Counted from the stretch's first letter, positions 1-9,912 are shown. The stretch is DNA of 32,000 nucleotides from Candidatus Midichloria mitochondrii IricVA (GCF_000219355.1 NC_015722.1:570001-602000); one strand, 5' to 3'. Translations and numbers: made by a program. The notes: generated by a model from the sequence alone, not told the origin.

Positions 1-1212
1 CCCATTATAAATTGTATTTAAAACTTGATTAGTACTCTTCCCAATATGCTCTCTCATAGCAATACCACACTGCAGTGCACATCTAGTGATTGTAGAAGCC
101 ACGGTGGGCCCAGCTACATTCAATTTATCTATCATGTCTACAACGCTAGAGTGGTCGTCCAATGATAACTTCTTCATCTGTAATCTTAAAAAATCATGCT
201 TTTTTAAAGGAGCATTCGTCGCAAAACTACTTATTCCTTCCTTTTCTTTTAAACTTTTATTCATTGATTCTACTTCTTTAGCATAATTTTGGTATACATA
301 CCTGAGACCATTAACTACGTCTTGGGCAGAAGCAGAAGAAGACAATGTATTAATAATAGTTTGTTGAACGCTATCGCTCCTTGTATGTATCTTAAGCGTT
401 TCTTTATTAGTTTCTAATTTAGTGGTATCTCCCATTAAGAAACCCATCAACCCAATTAAAGCCGAGCTGATAACAAAGCAGCAAACTTCCATTCCGATGC
501 GAAATGGGACTACTACTGCATTAACTACATAACTTGCCCCATACAAAATTGTTGCAACGGTAGGTAAAGACCCAGTCTCCATTTTATATTCTGTTATTGC
601 AAAGGATTTCTGAACAACTGCTCCAATAAAAAAACCTAAATTATAAAACCCTACTTGAGTTAACACTACGGTGGACTTGAGCCCAGATTCTAAGTAATTC
701 GCAGATTTTAATGCCTTATAAGATATACTTTTGTTATCTTGCAGTATTTTTTGTCTAGTAACTCTATTTGCATACCCAGAAGCAGAAACATCCCCATAAT
801 CAGTTATAAAATTAGCTGGATTTTCTGTTTGTAAAATCCTTAAATCTCTAGCTTCAATATCTTGATAAGCTTTAATATAAGTATCTTTAACTCCTTTAAT
901 TATTCCAGTCGTTACAGCCATGGATTCTCTGACTTTTAATCTAGATAATATATCTTTGGTTTTAACTTCCCTTATTTTTTCTTCAGTATTGGCTTGCTTA
1001 GCCTGTAATTCTTTTTTAGAAACATGTACCATACCGCCAATAACACCGGCTACAAATGGGTTTAAGGTATTACCCGTAACATCAACTAAGCTACGGGTAG
1101 ATGATACCAATGCGGCTCCTACAAAGTATGCAGCCCCCACTCCATAAAAACTTTTACTGGCAACAGAGCTGTGAGCCTGTTGTTGAATTAAATTAGTTCC
1201 CTCATCATTCAT
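1..1212 (-). CDS. hypothetical membrane protein, partial (C-terminus lies beyond window start)
   Basis: Not in the ORF track because it has no stop inside the window. Manual minus-strand translation from ATG 1212..1210 (MNDEGTNLIQQQAHSSVASKSFYGVGAAYFVGAALVSS...) stays open for all 404 codons down to position 1. It has several hydrophobic segments, including LPTVATILYGASYVVNAVVVPFRIGMEVCCFVISSALIGLMGFLMG. No family recognised. Confidence 0.6.
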   Translation of the reverse strand, partial: MNDEGTNLIQQQAHSSVASKSFYGVGAAYFVGAALVSSTRSLVDVTGNTLNPFVAGVIGGMVHVSKKELQAKQANTEEKIREVKTKDILSRLKVRESMAVTTGIIKGVKDTYIKAYQDIEARDLRILQTENPANFITDYGDVSASGYANRVTRQKILQDNKSISYKALKSANYLESGLKSTVVLTQVGFYNLGFFIGAVVQKSFAITEYKMETGSLPTVATILYGASYVVNAVVVPFRIGMEVCCFVISSALIGLMGFLMGDTTKLETNKETLKIHTRSDSVQQTIINTLSSSASAQDVVNGLRYVYQNYAKEVESMNKSLKEKEGISSFATNAPLKKHDFLRLQMKKLSLDDHSSVVDMIDKLNVAGPTVASTITRCALQCGIAMREHIGKSTNQVLNTIYNG

Positions 1213-1245
1213 AATTTTTTTGAAATATAAAACAACTACTCAATG

Positions 1246-2151
1246 CTAACATTTTATATTTGCTTTTGAAAATATATTTTTGATTTCATTTTCAATAATG
1301 GATAAATCCCGGGCAGATTTTTCATTGAAACTTAAACGATTTTTATATTCCTTGTAGGTTCCATTTATTGCGGTAAATGCTATGAAATCTATATAATGCC
1401 CCCTTAGCTCCGTATATATGCCTAAAGGAGTTTTGCAATCTCCTCCTATAACCTTTAAAAAGGCTCTTTCAATTACCGCTTGTATATAAGTTTCTCTGTG
1501 ATTTATTTTTTCTAATATACTACAAATAAATTCATCTTCTTCTCCGACTTCGGCACAAATTATACCCTGTGCAACGGCTGGAATAAACAAAGTTGGTGAT
1601 AAGATTTCTTTTATCAAATGCTCTTGATTAACTCTTTTTAAGCCGGCAACTGCAAGAATGATAGCGTCAATTTCTCCATTATTTAACTTATCAATTCTAG
1701 TAAGTACATTACCTCGCAAACCTTTGATATCAATCTTATTATTGATATTATGAGCTAGAACCTTTCTACGTCCAGAACAAGTGCCAAGCGTGGCACCTTT
1801 AGGCATTTCTGATAACTTGTCATACTTAAGAGAAATAAACGCATCAGCACAGTCTTCCCTAGGCAAGACACACCCTATTTTTAAGCCCGGTGGTAGATCT
1901 ACTGGCATATCCTTCATCGAATGGACAGCAATATCTATTCTTTTGTCTAATAAAGCTTCTTCTATTTCTTTTATAAATAAAGACTTTCCACCTATGTCGA
2001 CCAATGGTCGGTCATATAAAATATCACCTGTGGTTTTGATCTTGATAATATCTATTTCCAAATCTGGTAAGAGAGTTGTTAATTCCTTCATAAATAGACT
2101 TGTTTGGGCAAAAGCAAGGGCACTTGACCTTGTACCAATTTTTATCTTCAT
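1246..2151 (-). CDS. hemC: porphobilinogen deaminase (hydroxymethylbilane synthase)
   Basis: The ORF is 1246..2184. The conserved N-terminus [17 protein letters not shown] begins at the internal ATG 2151..2149, which overlaps the thyX stop as an ATGA junction (2148-2151). HSMKDMP and the cofactor-Cys context GGDCKTPLG are typical of HemC. Confidence 0.9.
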   Translation of the reverse strand: MKIKIGTRSSALAFAQTSLFMKELTTLLPDLEIDIIKIKTTGDILYDRPLVDIGGKSLFIKEIEEALLDKRIDIAVHSMKDMPVDLPPGLKIGCVLPREDCADAFISLKYDKLSEMPKGATLGTCSGRRKVLAHNINNKIDIKGLRGNVLTRIDKLNNGEIDAIILAVAGLKRVNQEHLIKEILSPTLFIPAVAQGIICAEVGEEDEFICSILEKINHRETYIQAVIERAFLKVIGGDCKTPLGIYTELRGHYIDFIAFTAINGTYKEYKNRLSFNEKSARDLSIIENEIKNIFSKANIKC

Positions 2152-3089
2152 TTTATTTCTAATAAAGATATTAGTTCTTGCCACTCTCTCTTTGACATCC
2201 CAACATCTTCTGCAGTAACGTTTTCACCAGCTAACTTCTTTTTAATAACAGCAATAGATTTTCCAGAAATATTTACAGCATTTAATCTATAATCTAAAAA
2301 AGCTTCATAAGTAAAAGGAACCCATTTTTTTACTATATCTAATATAATATCGGCATATACTCCTATTTCATACTGTGCGTGATCGTCTGCGCGTAGCCTC
2401 AGAAAATGCAGTAAGTTATGTAAATCTGTTTTCCAGTACCACTGTGTGTAATAATTTAAGGTTAGATTCATCCGAGCTAATTCTCTAGCTAAGCCAGCCT
2501 TATTTGGATCCAAAATTTCTTGCGTTTCCTCATTCAAGTTCAGCATTTCCATGTAATGATCATAGCACCGCCTCGCATCATCTTTTAACATTTCTAATAC
2601 TCTATGAGATTCTTCGGCACTCAATACGTCAGTACTACGTCCTTGCTTATTAATCTGCGATTGCGCAGCCAGATCTTCAATTTCTGGAATATAAAATTCT
2701 TTATCCATAATTGAATATCTGCCAGAGTATTCATTAACATTTGCGGTTCTATGTCTTATCCACTGTCTAGCTATAAATATCGGTAACTTAATATGAAACT
2801 TGATTTCGCACATCTCAAATGGAGTAGTATGCCATCTCCTCATCAAGTAATTTATTAATCCTTTATCCTCATTTAATTTTTTGGTTCCGGAACCGTATGA
2901 AACTCTGGCTGCCTGCACTACAGCTGAATCGTTTCCCATATAATCTACTAACCTAACAAAACCATGATCCAAGGCTTTTAAAGGCTTATAAAGTATCTCT
3001 TCTAAGGCTTCAACTGTTGGTCTACGGGTAGTATTTTTTATAGAGCATACATCTTCTAACTCTTGATTTTGCAAATCTGTTAATGACAT
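2148..3089 (-). CDS. thyX: FAD-dependent thymidylate synthase ThyX
   Basis: 313-aa [14 protein letters not shown] matches the ThyX signature RHR-x7-S. Length and the surrounding sequence (ARQWIRHR) are consistent. Confidence 0.9.
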   Translation of the reverse strand: MSLTDLQNQELEDVCSIKNTTRRPTVEALEEILYKPLKALDHGFVRLVDYMGNDSAVVQAARVSYGSGTKKLNEDKGLINYLMRRWHTTPFEMCEIKFHIKLPIFIARQWIRHRTANVNEYSGRYSIMDKEFYIPEIEDLAAQSQINKQGRSTDVLSAEESHRVLEMLKDDARRCYDHYMEMLNLNEETQEILDPNKAGLARELARMNLTLNYYTQWYWKTDLHNLLHFLRLRADDHAQYEIGVYADIILDIVKKWVPFTYEAFLDYRLNAVNISGKSIAVIKKKLAGENVTAEDVGMSKREWQELISLLEIK

Positions 3090-3126
3090 ATATTCACAAG
3101 CACCTCTTCTTTGGCTGACATTTTGC

Positions 3127-3573
3127 TTATAAATAAAAATGATGCAATGTATTTTTATTTTGGTTAATAAATCTTTCTATACTGTGCACAGACTGCAATT
3201 TTTTAATAGCGGTTAAAATAGTATTGAATTGATGTACTCCTTTGACTTCAATATCAAAAATCATTTCTATTAAATCCATTTTTCTGCCGATTACCTTTAT
3301 ATAAGAGATATTGCAGTCCATTTCGTAAATGCAGGTAGTTACTTGAGCTAGAGCGCCAGGGTGATTTAGAAGTAGTATCCTCATTTTACCAATGTAAAGA
3401 TCCCCTTTATTACCTTCCCAGGATAGGCTTATCCATCTTTCAGGATAATCAGTATATTGGTTTAAGATACTACAACCAATTGCATGGATCACAATACCTT
3501 GAGCTGGATGAATAATTCCTATAATTTTATCTCCTGGTAAGGGACTACAACAATTTGCGAAGACACTATTCAT
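3127..3573 (-). CDS. spoT: C-terminal (ACT/RRM-type regulatory) fragment of bifunctional (p)ppGpp synthetase/hydrolase, separated from the N-terminal part by a frameshift
   Basis: [17 protein letters not shown]...GIVIHAIGC is the conserved CC-x-PxPGD zinc-finger/ACT region of RelA/SpoT. This frame stays open upstream of the ATG to 3621 (..[17 protein letters not shown]..), so it continues the upstream ORF after a 1-nt shift. Confidence 0.8.
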   Translation of the reverse strand: MNSVFANCCSPLPGDKIIGIIHPAQGIVIHAIGCSILNQYTDYPERWISLSWEGNKGDLYIGKMRILLLNHPGALAQVTTCIYEMDCNISYIKVIGRKMDLIEMIFDIEVKGVHQFNTILTAIKKLQSVHSIERFINQNKNTLHHFYL

Positions 3574-3581
3574 GCCAGGAA

Positions 3582-5333
3582 TTAATCCTTGAATAGGAAT
3601 CTGGTCATTCTTTTTAGTTTTCTATAGTGTCTTGGCAATTTTAAGATTGAGAGTGCGGAGAGACCTCCTTTTTCAATATCACTGCCTTCAAAGTGAGCAT
3701 ACATAGCTTGTAAAACATCTACTTTATTTATCGTGCCCCTACCGATTGCAAAAAGTAAGTCATCAATTGTTTTCTTTTGAAAAGTTTTTAAAATTTGTAC
3801 TAAATCTAATTCATTGTAAGGTTTTTTACTCTTTTGCAACGCTTTAATTAAAATAACTCGTCCTAAATTGATTAACTCAGATTGTTGAGTTGCTCTAATG
3901 AATTTTTTAATAGCGGATCTAGCCTTACCAGTAATTGCAAAATTTTCCCAAGCTGGCATCGGTATAGCATTTGGGTTGGTTACTATTTCGACTTGATCGC
4001 CATTTTGTAATGTTTGATCGAGTCTTGCAATTCTACCATTAATTTTTGCGCCTACACATGTGAAGCCTATTTTCGAGTGCATAGCAAATGCAAAATCTAT
4101 CACAGTTGCTCCTTTAGGTAAGGGCACTAGATCTCCTTTTGGTGTAAAACAAAATACTTGATCACTGTAAAGGTCAAGCCTTGTATTTTCTAGAATCTCC
4201 TCAGGGTTGGTAGTATGCTGCAAAACATCTATAAGCTCATTAATCCACTTGAATTGGCTATTTTCATTTTCAGCCACCTTTACATCATTTTTATAAGTCC
4301 AGTGCGCTGCAAGCCCAAATTTTGCTATTTCGTCCATTTCATAAGTTCTAATTTGAATTTCGATGCGCTGCTGTTCTTCGCCAACAACGAGAGTGTGTAA
4401 GGATTTATATCCATTGGCTTTCGGTAAGCTTATATAGTCTTTGAAGCCATTGATGATAATTTTATAAGTTAGATGAATAATACCTAGGACATGGTAACAG
4501 TCTTCTACTTTTGGTACTATAATCCTAAAAGCTATAATGTCAGATAGCTGGTCAAAGGTAATCTTTTTTCTTTCCATCTTTCTCCATATAGAATAGGGGG
4601 TTTTTAACCTGCCTGACACTTCTGCTTTTAAGCCATTCTTTTTTATTAATTCTAATAACTTATCTTTAGTTTTTTTGATCAAGAATTTATCTTTAATAGT
4701 AAGAAAGGATAAACGATTCTTTACAGAGTCTCTTATTTCTGGATATATGATTGCAAATGCTAAATCCTCTAACTCATTTTTAAATTGGTGCATACCCATT
4801 CTTTCTGCAAGAGGGGCATATATTTCCATCGTTTCATGGGCGATTCGTAAGTGCTTTTCTTTACTTTTTAAAGATTTTAGGGTTTGCATATTGTGTATAC
4901 GATCAGCAAGTTTAACTAGCAAAACTCGCAAATCTTTTGACATAGCCAATAATAATTTTCTGAAATTTTCAGCCTGCCTTATGTGTATTGGTTGATAATC
5001 TATCTTTTTTAATTTAGTTACACCATCAACTAATTCTGCTATCTCTGAAGAGAACTCTTTAGCAATATCTTCGCAGCTTATATTAGTATCTTCGACTGTA
5101 TCGTGTAATAGCGCGGTGATTATAGAAGCAGTATCAAATTTTTGTTCGGCTAATATTTCTGCCGCTGCAATTGGGTGTATAATGTAAGGCTCCCCTGAAG
5201 CTCGGAGCTGTCCTTTATGAGCTTGATCAGCAAACATAATTGCTTTTTCTATCAATACCAAATCAGCACTTGGGTGGTTTTTGCTGATAAGTTGCAGCAA
5301 ATAATGTGCTTTTTTGAGTACAGTACTATCCAT
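3582..5333 (-). CDS. spoT: N-terminal part (HD hydrolase + RelA/SpoT synthetase + TGS) of bifunctional (p)ppGpp synthetase/hydrolase
   Basis: The ORF is 3582..5432. Conserved sequence starts near the internal ATG at 5333 (MDSTVLKKAHYLL). It carries an HD motif (LLHDTVEDT), a synthetase region (GYKSLHTLV) and a TGS region (FCFTPKGDLVPLPKGATVIDFAFAMHSKIG). It ends in a non-conserved tail (RMTRFLFKD*) after the frame slip. Confidence 0.85.
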   Translation of the reverse strand: MDSTVLKKAHYLLQLISKNHPSADLVLIEKAIMFADQAHKGQLRASGEPYIIHPIAAAEILAEQKFDTASIITALLHDTVEDTNISCEDIAKEFSSEIAELVDGVTKLKKIDYQPIHIRQAENFRKLLLAMSKDLRVLLVKLADRIHNMQTLKSLKSKEKHLRIAHETMEIYAPLAERMGMHQFKNELEDLAFAIIYPEIRDSVKNRLSFLTIKDKFLIKKTKDKLLELIKKNGLKAEVSGRLKTPYSIWRKMERKKITFDQLSDIIAFRIIVPKVEDCYHVLGIIHLTYKIIINGFKDYISLPKANGYKSLHTLVVGEEQQRIEIQIRTYEMDEIAKFGLAAHWTYKNDVKVAENENSQFKWINELIDVLQHTTNPEEILENTRLDLYSDQVFCFTPKGDLVPLPKGATVIDFAFAMHSKIGFTCVGAKINGRIARLDQTLQNGDQVEIVTNPNAIPMPAWENFAITGKARSAIKKFIRATQQSELINLGRVILIKALQKSKKPYNELDLVQILKTFQKKTIDDLLFAIGRGTINKVDVLQAMYAHFEGSDIEKGGLSALSILKLPRHYRKLKRMTRFLFKD

Positions 5334-5437
5334 CACAATTTCTGAAAAGGAATCTGATGACACTGAATTTTCCTTATATATATTTAAATCCACGCTGAAC
5401 AGTAGTATGATTGTTTTAAAACAGCAATGCAAGGGGT

Positions 5438-6592
5438 TTATTTGGTTAAATACTCTTTAATAATTTGGAATATTTTATTGTCGCCATCTCTCTCTGGCCT
5501 TGGGTTAAAGCCGGAATCCAAAGCTTGATAATAGCTCCATGGTAATTTTTTATTACCCAATTCATAATCCATATCATCGCTCATATATTGCCTGAAATAC
5601 GAAAATGTAGTATGCCAGCCAAATTCTGCGAAAATATTTATCAGATCTTGTAAATAATGTTCTACTCCAGATGCGTATCTACTACAACCAAAACCACCAA
5701 CCAATATTTGCGTATTTGGGATCTTATTTTTGATTTGAAAATCTTTTACCGGCCTTAAATAAGTGCGCAATCTATCTTTATTCCAATCTTCCCCATTGAT
5801 TTCGCCAGGATAAGTAAATCCGTTTTGATTTAAACGTTTGTCAGTGAAATGGGTTGGCTCATACATATGAAAAGAATACATTATGTTAGGTATATTTTGT
5901 TTTATAAGATTTTTAAAGGTATTAGGTTCACCCTCAGCGCTGCTATCTATAATGATCTTGATATTCTTATCAATCTTCCTAATCGCAATGATAATATCTT
6001 GATAAAAGTTATGTAATACTTGTTGTACATTTTCTTGATTTAATTCATAAAGCTTATTTCTATGATTTATAAAAAGTTTTTCAGGTGTTGGACCATTTAT
6101 GATGTTGAAACCTACTATGGCTGGGTGATCTTTCAATTCTCGGCTTAGATCTTGCCAAAAAGCTGCAGCTTGTCTTTGATATTCTTCGAAACTCCATATT
6201 CTTAAATCATCCCTGCCGTTATTATTAGCATAATATCTGGAACCCGGCAAAGTGTGTGTGGTCAAAACTACCGGCATTCTTTCTTCTTCAAAAATGTCTA
6301 AGATTTTCTTTAATAACTCTAGGTCCTCCTTTACTAATCCCTCATACTGGTCAGCGTTACCGATTAAAAAATCTCTTTTGTTAGTCGGAAATTTATCAAT
6401 AGCTAAACGTATAAATTTTATTTTCACATTTTTAGCCGCTTGTATATCCTGGCGATCTATGACTTTATTAAACATATTGGCCCCCTTTTGAGGTTTATCC
6501 CAAAAAAGTAATTTTTCTTGCAAAGATAATGAAAAAGCATTTCCTTTTATGATTAAGGAGAAGCAAAATACTATTATAGTAAATAATCTCAT
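5438..6592 (-). CDS. secreted glycoside hydrolase family 5 (cellulase-like) protein; both expected catalytic Glu positions are Gly
   Basis: N-terminal signal-like peptide MRLFTIIVFCFSLIIKGNAF. GH5-like landmarks are present in order: VVLTTHTLPG, IVGFNIINGPTP (where NEP is expected), MYSFHMYEP, ILVGGFGCS (where GEFG is expected), and GWHTTFSYF. Confidence 0.65.
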   Translation of the reverse strand: MRLFTIIVFCFSLIIKGNAFSLSLQEKLLFWDKPQKGANMFNKVIDRQDIQAAKNVKIKFIRLAIDKFPTNKRDFLIGNADQYEGLVKEDLELLKKILDIFEEERMPVVLTTHTLPGSRYYANNNGRDDLRIWSFEEYQRQAAAFWQDLSRELKDHPAIVGFNIINGPTPEKLFINHRNKLYELNQENVQQVLHNFYQDIIIAIRKIDKNIKIIIDSSAEGEPNTFKNLIKQNIPNIMYSFHMYEPTHFTDKRLNQNGFTYPGEINGEDWNKDRLRTYLRPVKDFQIKNKIPNTQILVGGFGCSRYASGVEHYLQDLINIFAEFGWHTTFSYFRQYMSDDMDYELGNKKLPWSYYQALDSGFNPRPERDGDNKIFQIIKEYLTK

Positions 6593-6734
6593 AAACTATG
6601 AGTTGATAATGATATTATAAATATCATTACAAATCTTCTAAGCAGAGAGCAATGATTATATAAAGAATTTTTTACTGTTTTTACAATTCTTGTGGTATTC
6701 TTCGTGTTAAATATGCGTAAGGCATAATACTCGA

Positions 6735-7265
6735 ATCATTTGCGGCTATTGGTTTGAAGCGTTAAACAAAGTTTTTACCTAAACTGTGTTCAAACCTCTC
6801 TCAGAGAGGAATTGCCAAAGCTTGTCAGCTACAACCGCTTTGTTGAGCTGATGCAGGGTGCGGTCATCCCGTTGGTCATTCTGCTTGAATTGCTGTAAAG
6901 GGAAACAAACAGCTACCGTTTGGACTCAACAAAGGCTGGAAAGGTTTGTCATAACTTATGTATTAGCCGTAATAAGGTCCTTAAAGGCATCGCTCAGCGT
7001 GGGAAAATTTGACAGGCCTTCTATTCGGAGATCGGTGGTATATAAGCAAAAACACTGAGCAATCAAGGTATTGAGCTCATCACACGGCTTAAGAAAAACA
7101 TGAAAAACAAAACCCGGCTTGCGGCTTTTAAACAACTGCTTCTTGCAGGGCGTGGATTGATTGAAACAGCCATCGGAGAATTGAAAGAGATTTGCCAAAT
7201 CCAGCGCCACGGCATCGCTCGCCAAACAATTTCTTGGCAGACCTCTTTCTCAGGGCTCTTGGCTT
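6735..7265 (+). mobile_element. IS982-family element remnant, copy A (no recognisable ends, internally deleted, multiple stops)
   Basis: Translated fragments are ..FPKLVSYNRFVELMQGAVIPLVILLELL*.., ..DSTKAGKVCHNLCISRNKVLKGIAQRGK.. and ..GIELITRLKKNMKNKTRLAAFKQLLLAGRGLIETAIGELKEICQIQ.., which match the IS982-type transposase layout. It is near-identical at DNA level to parts of 14365-14876 and 22497-23266. Boundaries are approximate. Confidence 0.7.
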
Positions 7266-7579
7266 GCTTATATTCAGAGATTCTTACTTAGTAGAAATTC
7301 TTGGCAATTAGTGAGTTGTTTACATAAAGTTGCTGTTATTCATCTTTTTCTCACAATTGTTATATGCTTAATAGGAATAATAATTAAAACCAAGGAGCCG
7401 AATCCCGCTCCTCACACTGCTTTTATTTATTTTATTTAGCATAGCCAAAGCAGTATAAAAAGGCTATCTAGGTTTTAGGCAGTACTTCAACGTGAAACGC
7501 TCCCTCCGCAATTTAACCACTACCAATTAAATCCTAGTTTACACTTTATTCAGGTTCGAGTATAAGAGGTGAAAAACCC

Positions 7580-8395
7580 ATGGAGCTTGTTTACCCCTTT
7601 TTTATATGCCTATCTGAAAATTGGTTCATAGCCTTAATATTTTTGTTGTCATATAGAAAAGATTTCACGGGCTTTTTTAAATTATTGGCTCTTACAATTG
7701 GACTGAGTGCCAGTCTAAATGCTTTCCTAAAAGAGTTATGGCAAGTGCCACTAGATCCTTCTCTAGGAAAAGTCTGGTGGGGATTTCCAAGCGGGCATAT
7801 GCAAAATGCTGCTATATTTTACTTAGGGCTTGCTCTCTATGCTAGAAAATTATGGGTGTTTATCACATCGATAATCGTACTATACGGTATATCTGAAGCC
7901 TTTATATATTACAAATTTCATGATACTTCCGAAATAATTGCAGCTATAGGCACAGCATTGATCTTGCTTACCGTAATGAATTTAGTATACGAATTTAATA
8001 AAAGTGCCGAAGTGTTGGCTCCAATATATTGTATAGTAACGGTTATCCTCTCAAGTTGGGTCATCTTCTTGAATTTAGCAAAAGAATTAACTTACTACTC
8101 CTGGCTATTTATAACACTTGCTATGAGCCTAGCCATAGCTATTACAACCAGCTTATTTAGTTGCTATGATTTACATTTTAAAGATCTTATACTAAATAAA
8201 AAATTAGATATACTAATTGGACTTTCTTTTTGTGTAACTGCTGCATTCATCATGCAAGCCTTTAAATTAAAACTACTTCCTCATACGCCAATTTTATATT
8301 TCTTTATACCCTTTATCTTATTTTTCTCTATTACTTGCTTCGTGCCCATATTGAGATTTAACTTTTTTAAAAAGAGAATAGTAAATGCAATATAA
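7580..8395 (+). CDS. polytopic membrane protein, PAP2 (type 2 phosphatidic acid phosphatase)-like
   Basis: 271-aa hydrophobic ORF. An SD-like GAGGTG lies 8 nt upstream of the ATG. It has GFPSGHMQNA (the PSGH motif) and a later FHDTSEIIAAIG (an H-x3-D-like third motif). The first PAP2 motif is not clearly seen. Confidence 0.45.
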   Translation: MELVYPFFICLSENWFIALIFLLSYRKDFTGFFKLLALTIGLSASLNAFLKELWQVPLDPSLGKVWWGFPSGHMQNAAIFYLGLALYARKLWVFITSIIVLYGISEAFIYYKFHDTSEIIAAIGTALILLTVMNLVYEFNKSAEVLAPIYCIVTVILSSWVIFLNLAKELTYYSWLFITLAMSLAIAITTSLFSCYDLHFKDLILNKKLDILIGLSFCVTAAFIMQAFKLKLLPHTPILYFFIPFILFFSITCFVPILRFNFFKKRIVNAI

Positions 8396-9281
8396 AATAT
8401 CCTCAAATTATATAGGGATTTTTTTAGTAATTTCTTCAAGCTTTTGTTATGCCATATTAAACTGCATTTTAAAAAAAATAGGGCATAATCTCCCTCCTCT
8501 CATATTAGTTTTTTATCGCAACTTGTTCTTAATACTAATATTATTACCATTTTTAATTGCCTACCGTAAAAATACTTCCGGTCTTTTCCATAAAAATAAT
8601 CTACTGTTAAATATAGTAAGAGGAAGCTTGGGGTTTCTGGGCATCTGTTTTTGGATTATGGCAGTAAGCAAATTACCTATAACAGAGTGCGTTGCAATAA
8701 GTTTTACTACTCCTCTTTTCATTACTCTCCTTGCAATACTCATATTAAAAGAAAAAGTTTCTCTAACAAAGTGGGGTTGCTTATTCATTGGTTTTTTTGG
8801 AGCAATAATAGTCATGTCCCCTGATTTCACTAAGTTAAGCTTCTATAGTTTATTAGTATTAGCAGCAGCAATGCTTTGGGCTTCAAGCGCTATTGTGATC
8901 AAAACCTTTGTGACTTACCATCATCCAGTACCAGTTATATTCTTTACAAGCTTTATATCCTTATTACTGTCAGTGCCAGCACTTACTCAAAACCCGATTT
9001 TACCAAGCAACGAACAACTTCCGCTGCTTTTTATTTCATCAATGCTGTCAGCTCTCGCCCAAGTATTAATGGGGTTTGCTTATAAAAAGTCACCTATAAC
9101 TGTAGTTATACCTTTTGATTTTACCAGGTTAATATTTGCCTCAATTACTGCTTATTTTTTATTCAATGAAATTATTTCTATTTCCACTATTATAGGATCA
9201 GTTATAATTATAGTTAGCGCATCGTTTATAGTATTTTCAGAAGCAAAATTAAAAAATGTTAAATCACGTAATATACCCTAA
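8385..9281 (+). CDS. EamA/DMT-superfamily transporter (about 10 TM)
   Basis: 298-aa ORF made of two similar five-helix halves, typical of EamA-domain carriers. It overlaps the upstream gene by 11 nt and the downstream gene by 26 nt, suggesting an operon. Confidence 0.65.
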   Translation: MQYKISSNYIGIFLVISSSFCYAILNCILKKIGHNLPPLILVFYRNLFLILILLPFLIAYRKNTSGLFHKNNLLLNIVRGSLGFLGICFWIMAVSKLPITECVAISFTTPLFITLLAILILKEKVSLTKWGCLFIGFFGAIIVMSPDFTKLSFYSLLVLAAAMLWASSAIVIKTFVTYHHPVPVIFFTSFISLLLSVPALTQNPILPSNEQLPLLFISSMLSALAQVLMGFAYKKSPITVVIPFDFTRLIFASITAYFLFNEIISISTIIGSVIIIVSASFIVFSEAKLKNVKSRNIP

Positions 9282-9912
9282 TTCCAGTATAAGCAAGCCA
9301 TCTAAGCTAGTTTTTTTATTACATGGCTATGGCTCTAATAAAAATGATTTAATAAATCTCGCTCCAGATTTACAAGCATATCTACCTGACTCTCTCTTCA
9401 TCTCTCCAAATGCTCCAGAAAATTTTGAGGGTAATGATTATTTCATGGATGCCTACCAGTGGTTCAGCCTCACTGATAGATCTGAAGAAAAAATGCTAAC
9501 AGGAGCCAGCAAATCTTCTATCATATTAGAAAATTTTATTACCGAGCAGGCAAAAAAGTTTTCAATCTTACTAGAAAATATCGCGCTAATTGGCTTCTCA
9601 CAGGGAGCAATGATGGCTATGCATTTAGGGCTTAGACTTCCGCATACAGTTAAAGGTATCATCGGCTATTCAGGGCTCTTGATTGCCCCTTCAAAATTAA
9701 AAAATGTGATTAAATCAAAACCTCGAGTAATGTTAATCCACGGTACTGAGGACACCATCGTTCCTATAAAAGAAATGGAAAAAGCTTATAATGCTCTTGA
9801 TGATAATGGCGTAATGGCACATACCTATAGATGTAATAGGTTAGCACATGGGATTGATTCACAAGGTATAAAGATCGGTGGGGGTTTCCTGCGTGAGATT
9901 TTTGCTAATTAA
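9256..9912 (+). CDS. phospholipase/carboxylesterase-family alpha/beta hydrolase
   Basis: LVFLLHGYGSNKNDL, the nucleophile elbow GFSQGAMMA (GxSxG), IHGTEDTIVP and a distal His (LAHGI) fit the about 220-aa carboxylesterase/lysophospholipase family. Confidence 0.75.
   Translation: MLNHVIYPNSSISKPSKLVFLLHGYGSNKNDLINLAPDLQAYLPDSLFISPNAPENFEGNDYFMDAYQWFSLTDRSEEKMLTGASKSSIILENFITEQAKKFSILLENIALIGFSQGAMMAMHLGLRLPHTVKGIIGYSGLLIAPSKLKNVIKSKPRVMLIHGTEDTIVPIKEMEKAYNALDDNGVMAHTYRCNRLAHGIDSQGIKIGGGFLREIFAN

Noticed and set aside
86-1147. ORF-track entries 86..286 and 920..1147 on the plus strand
   Set aside because: Both lie antisense to the continuous 404-codon minus-strand ORF that runs off the window edge.
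2152-2184. N-terminal extension of hemC ([11 protein letters not shown]) and of spoT (5334..5432, MHCCFKTIILLFSVDLNIYKENSVSSDSFSEIV)
   Set aside because: The extensions are non-conserved in character. The internal ATGs give canonical N-termini, and for hemC the internal ATG forms an ATGA overlap with thyX.
1781-2218. Plus-strand ORFs lying antisense to well-supported genes (1781..2218, 4215..4400, 4675..4995, 6252..6491, 8561..8830, 9453..9662, 17634..17816, 18132..18371, 23577..23870, 23960..24163, 24678..24905, 25116..25310, 25315..25665, 26203..26397, 26711..26932, 27952..28167, 28417..28599)
   Set aside because: These are shadow ORFs opposite conserved coding sequence. Their translations are low-complexity or odd in composition, and they have no motifs.
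6607-6629. 9-bp inverted repeat taatgatat-N5-atatcatta upstream of the GH5-like gene
   Set aside because: It is short and entirely AT, so it is expected by chance in this composition. There is no supporting promoter or operator context.
6858-7291. ORFs 6858..7058, 6956..7225 and 7100..7291 as independent genes
   Set aside because: They are frame fragments of, or antisense to, the degraded IS982-family transposase (copy A). The same applies to 22752..23165 (copy C) and 21214..21575 (IS630).
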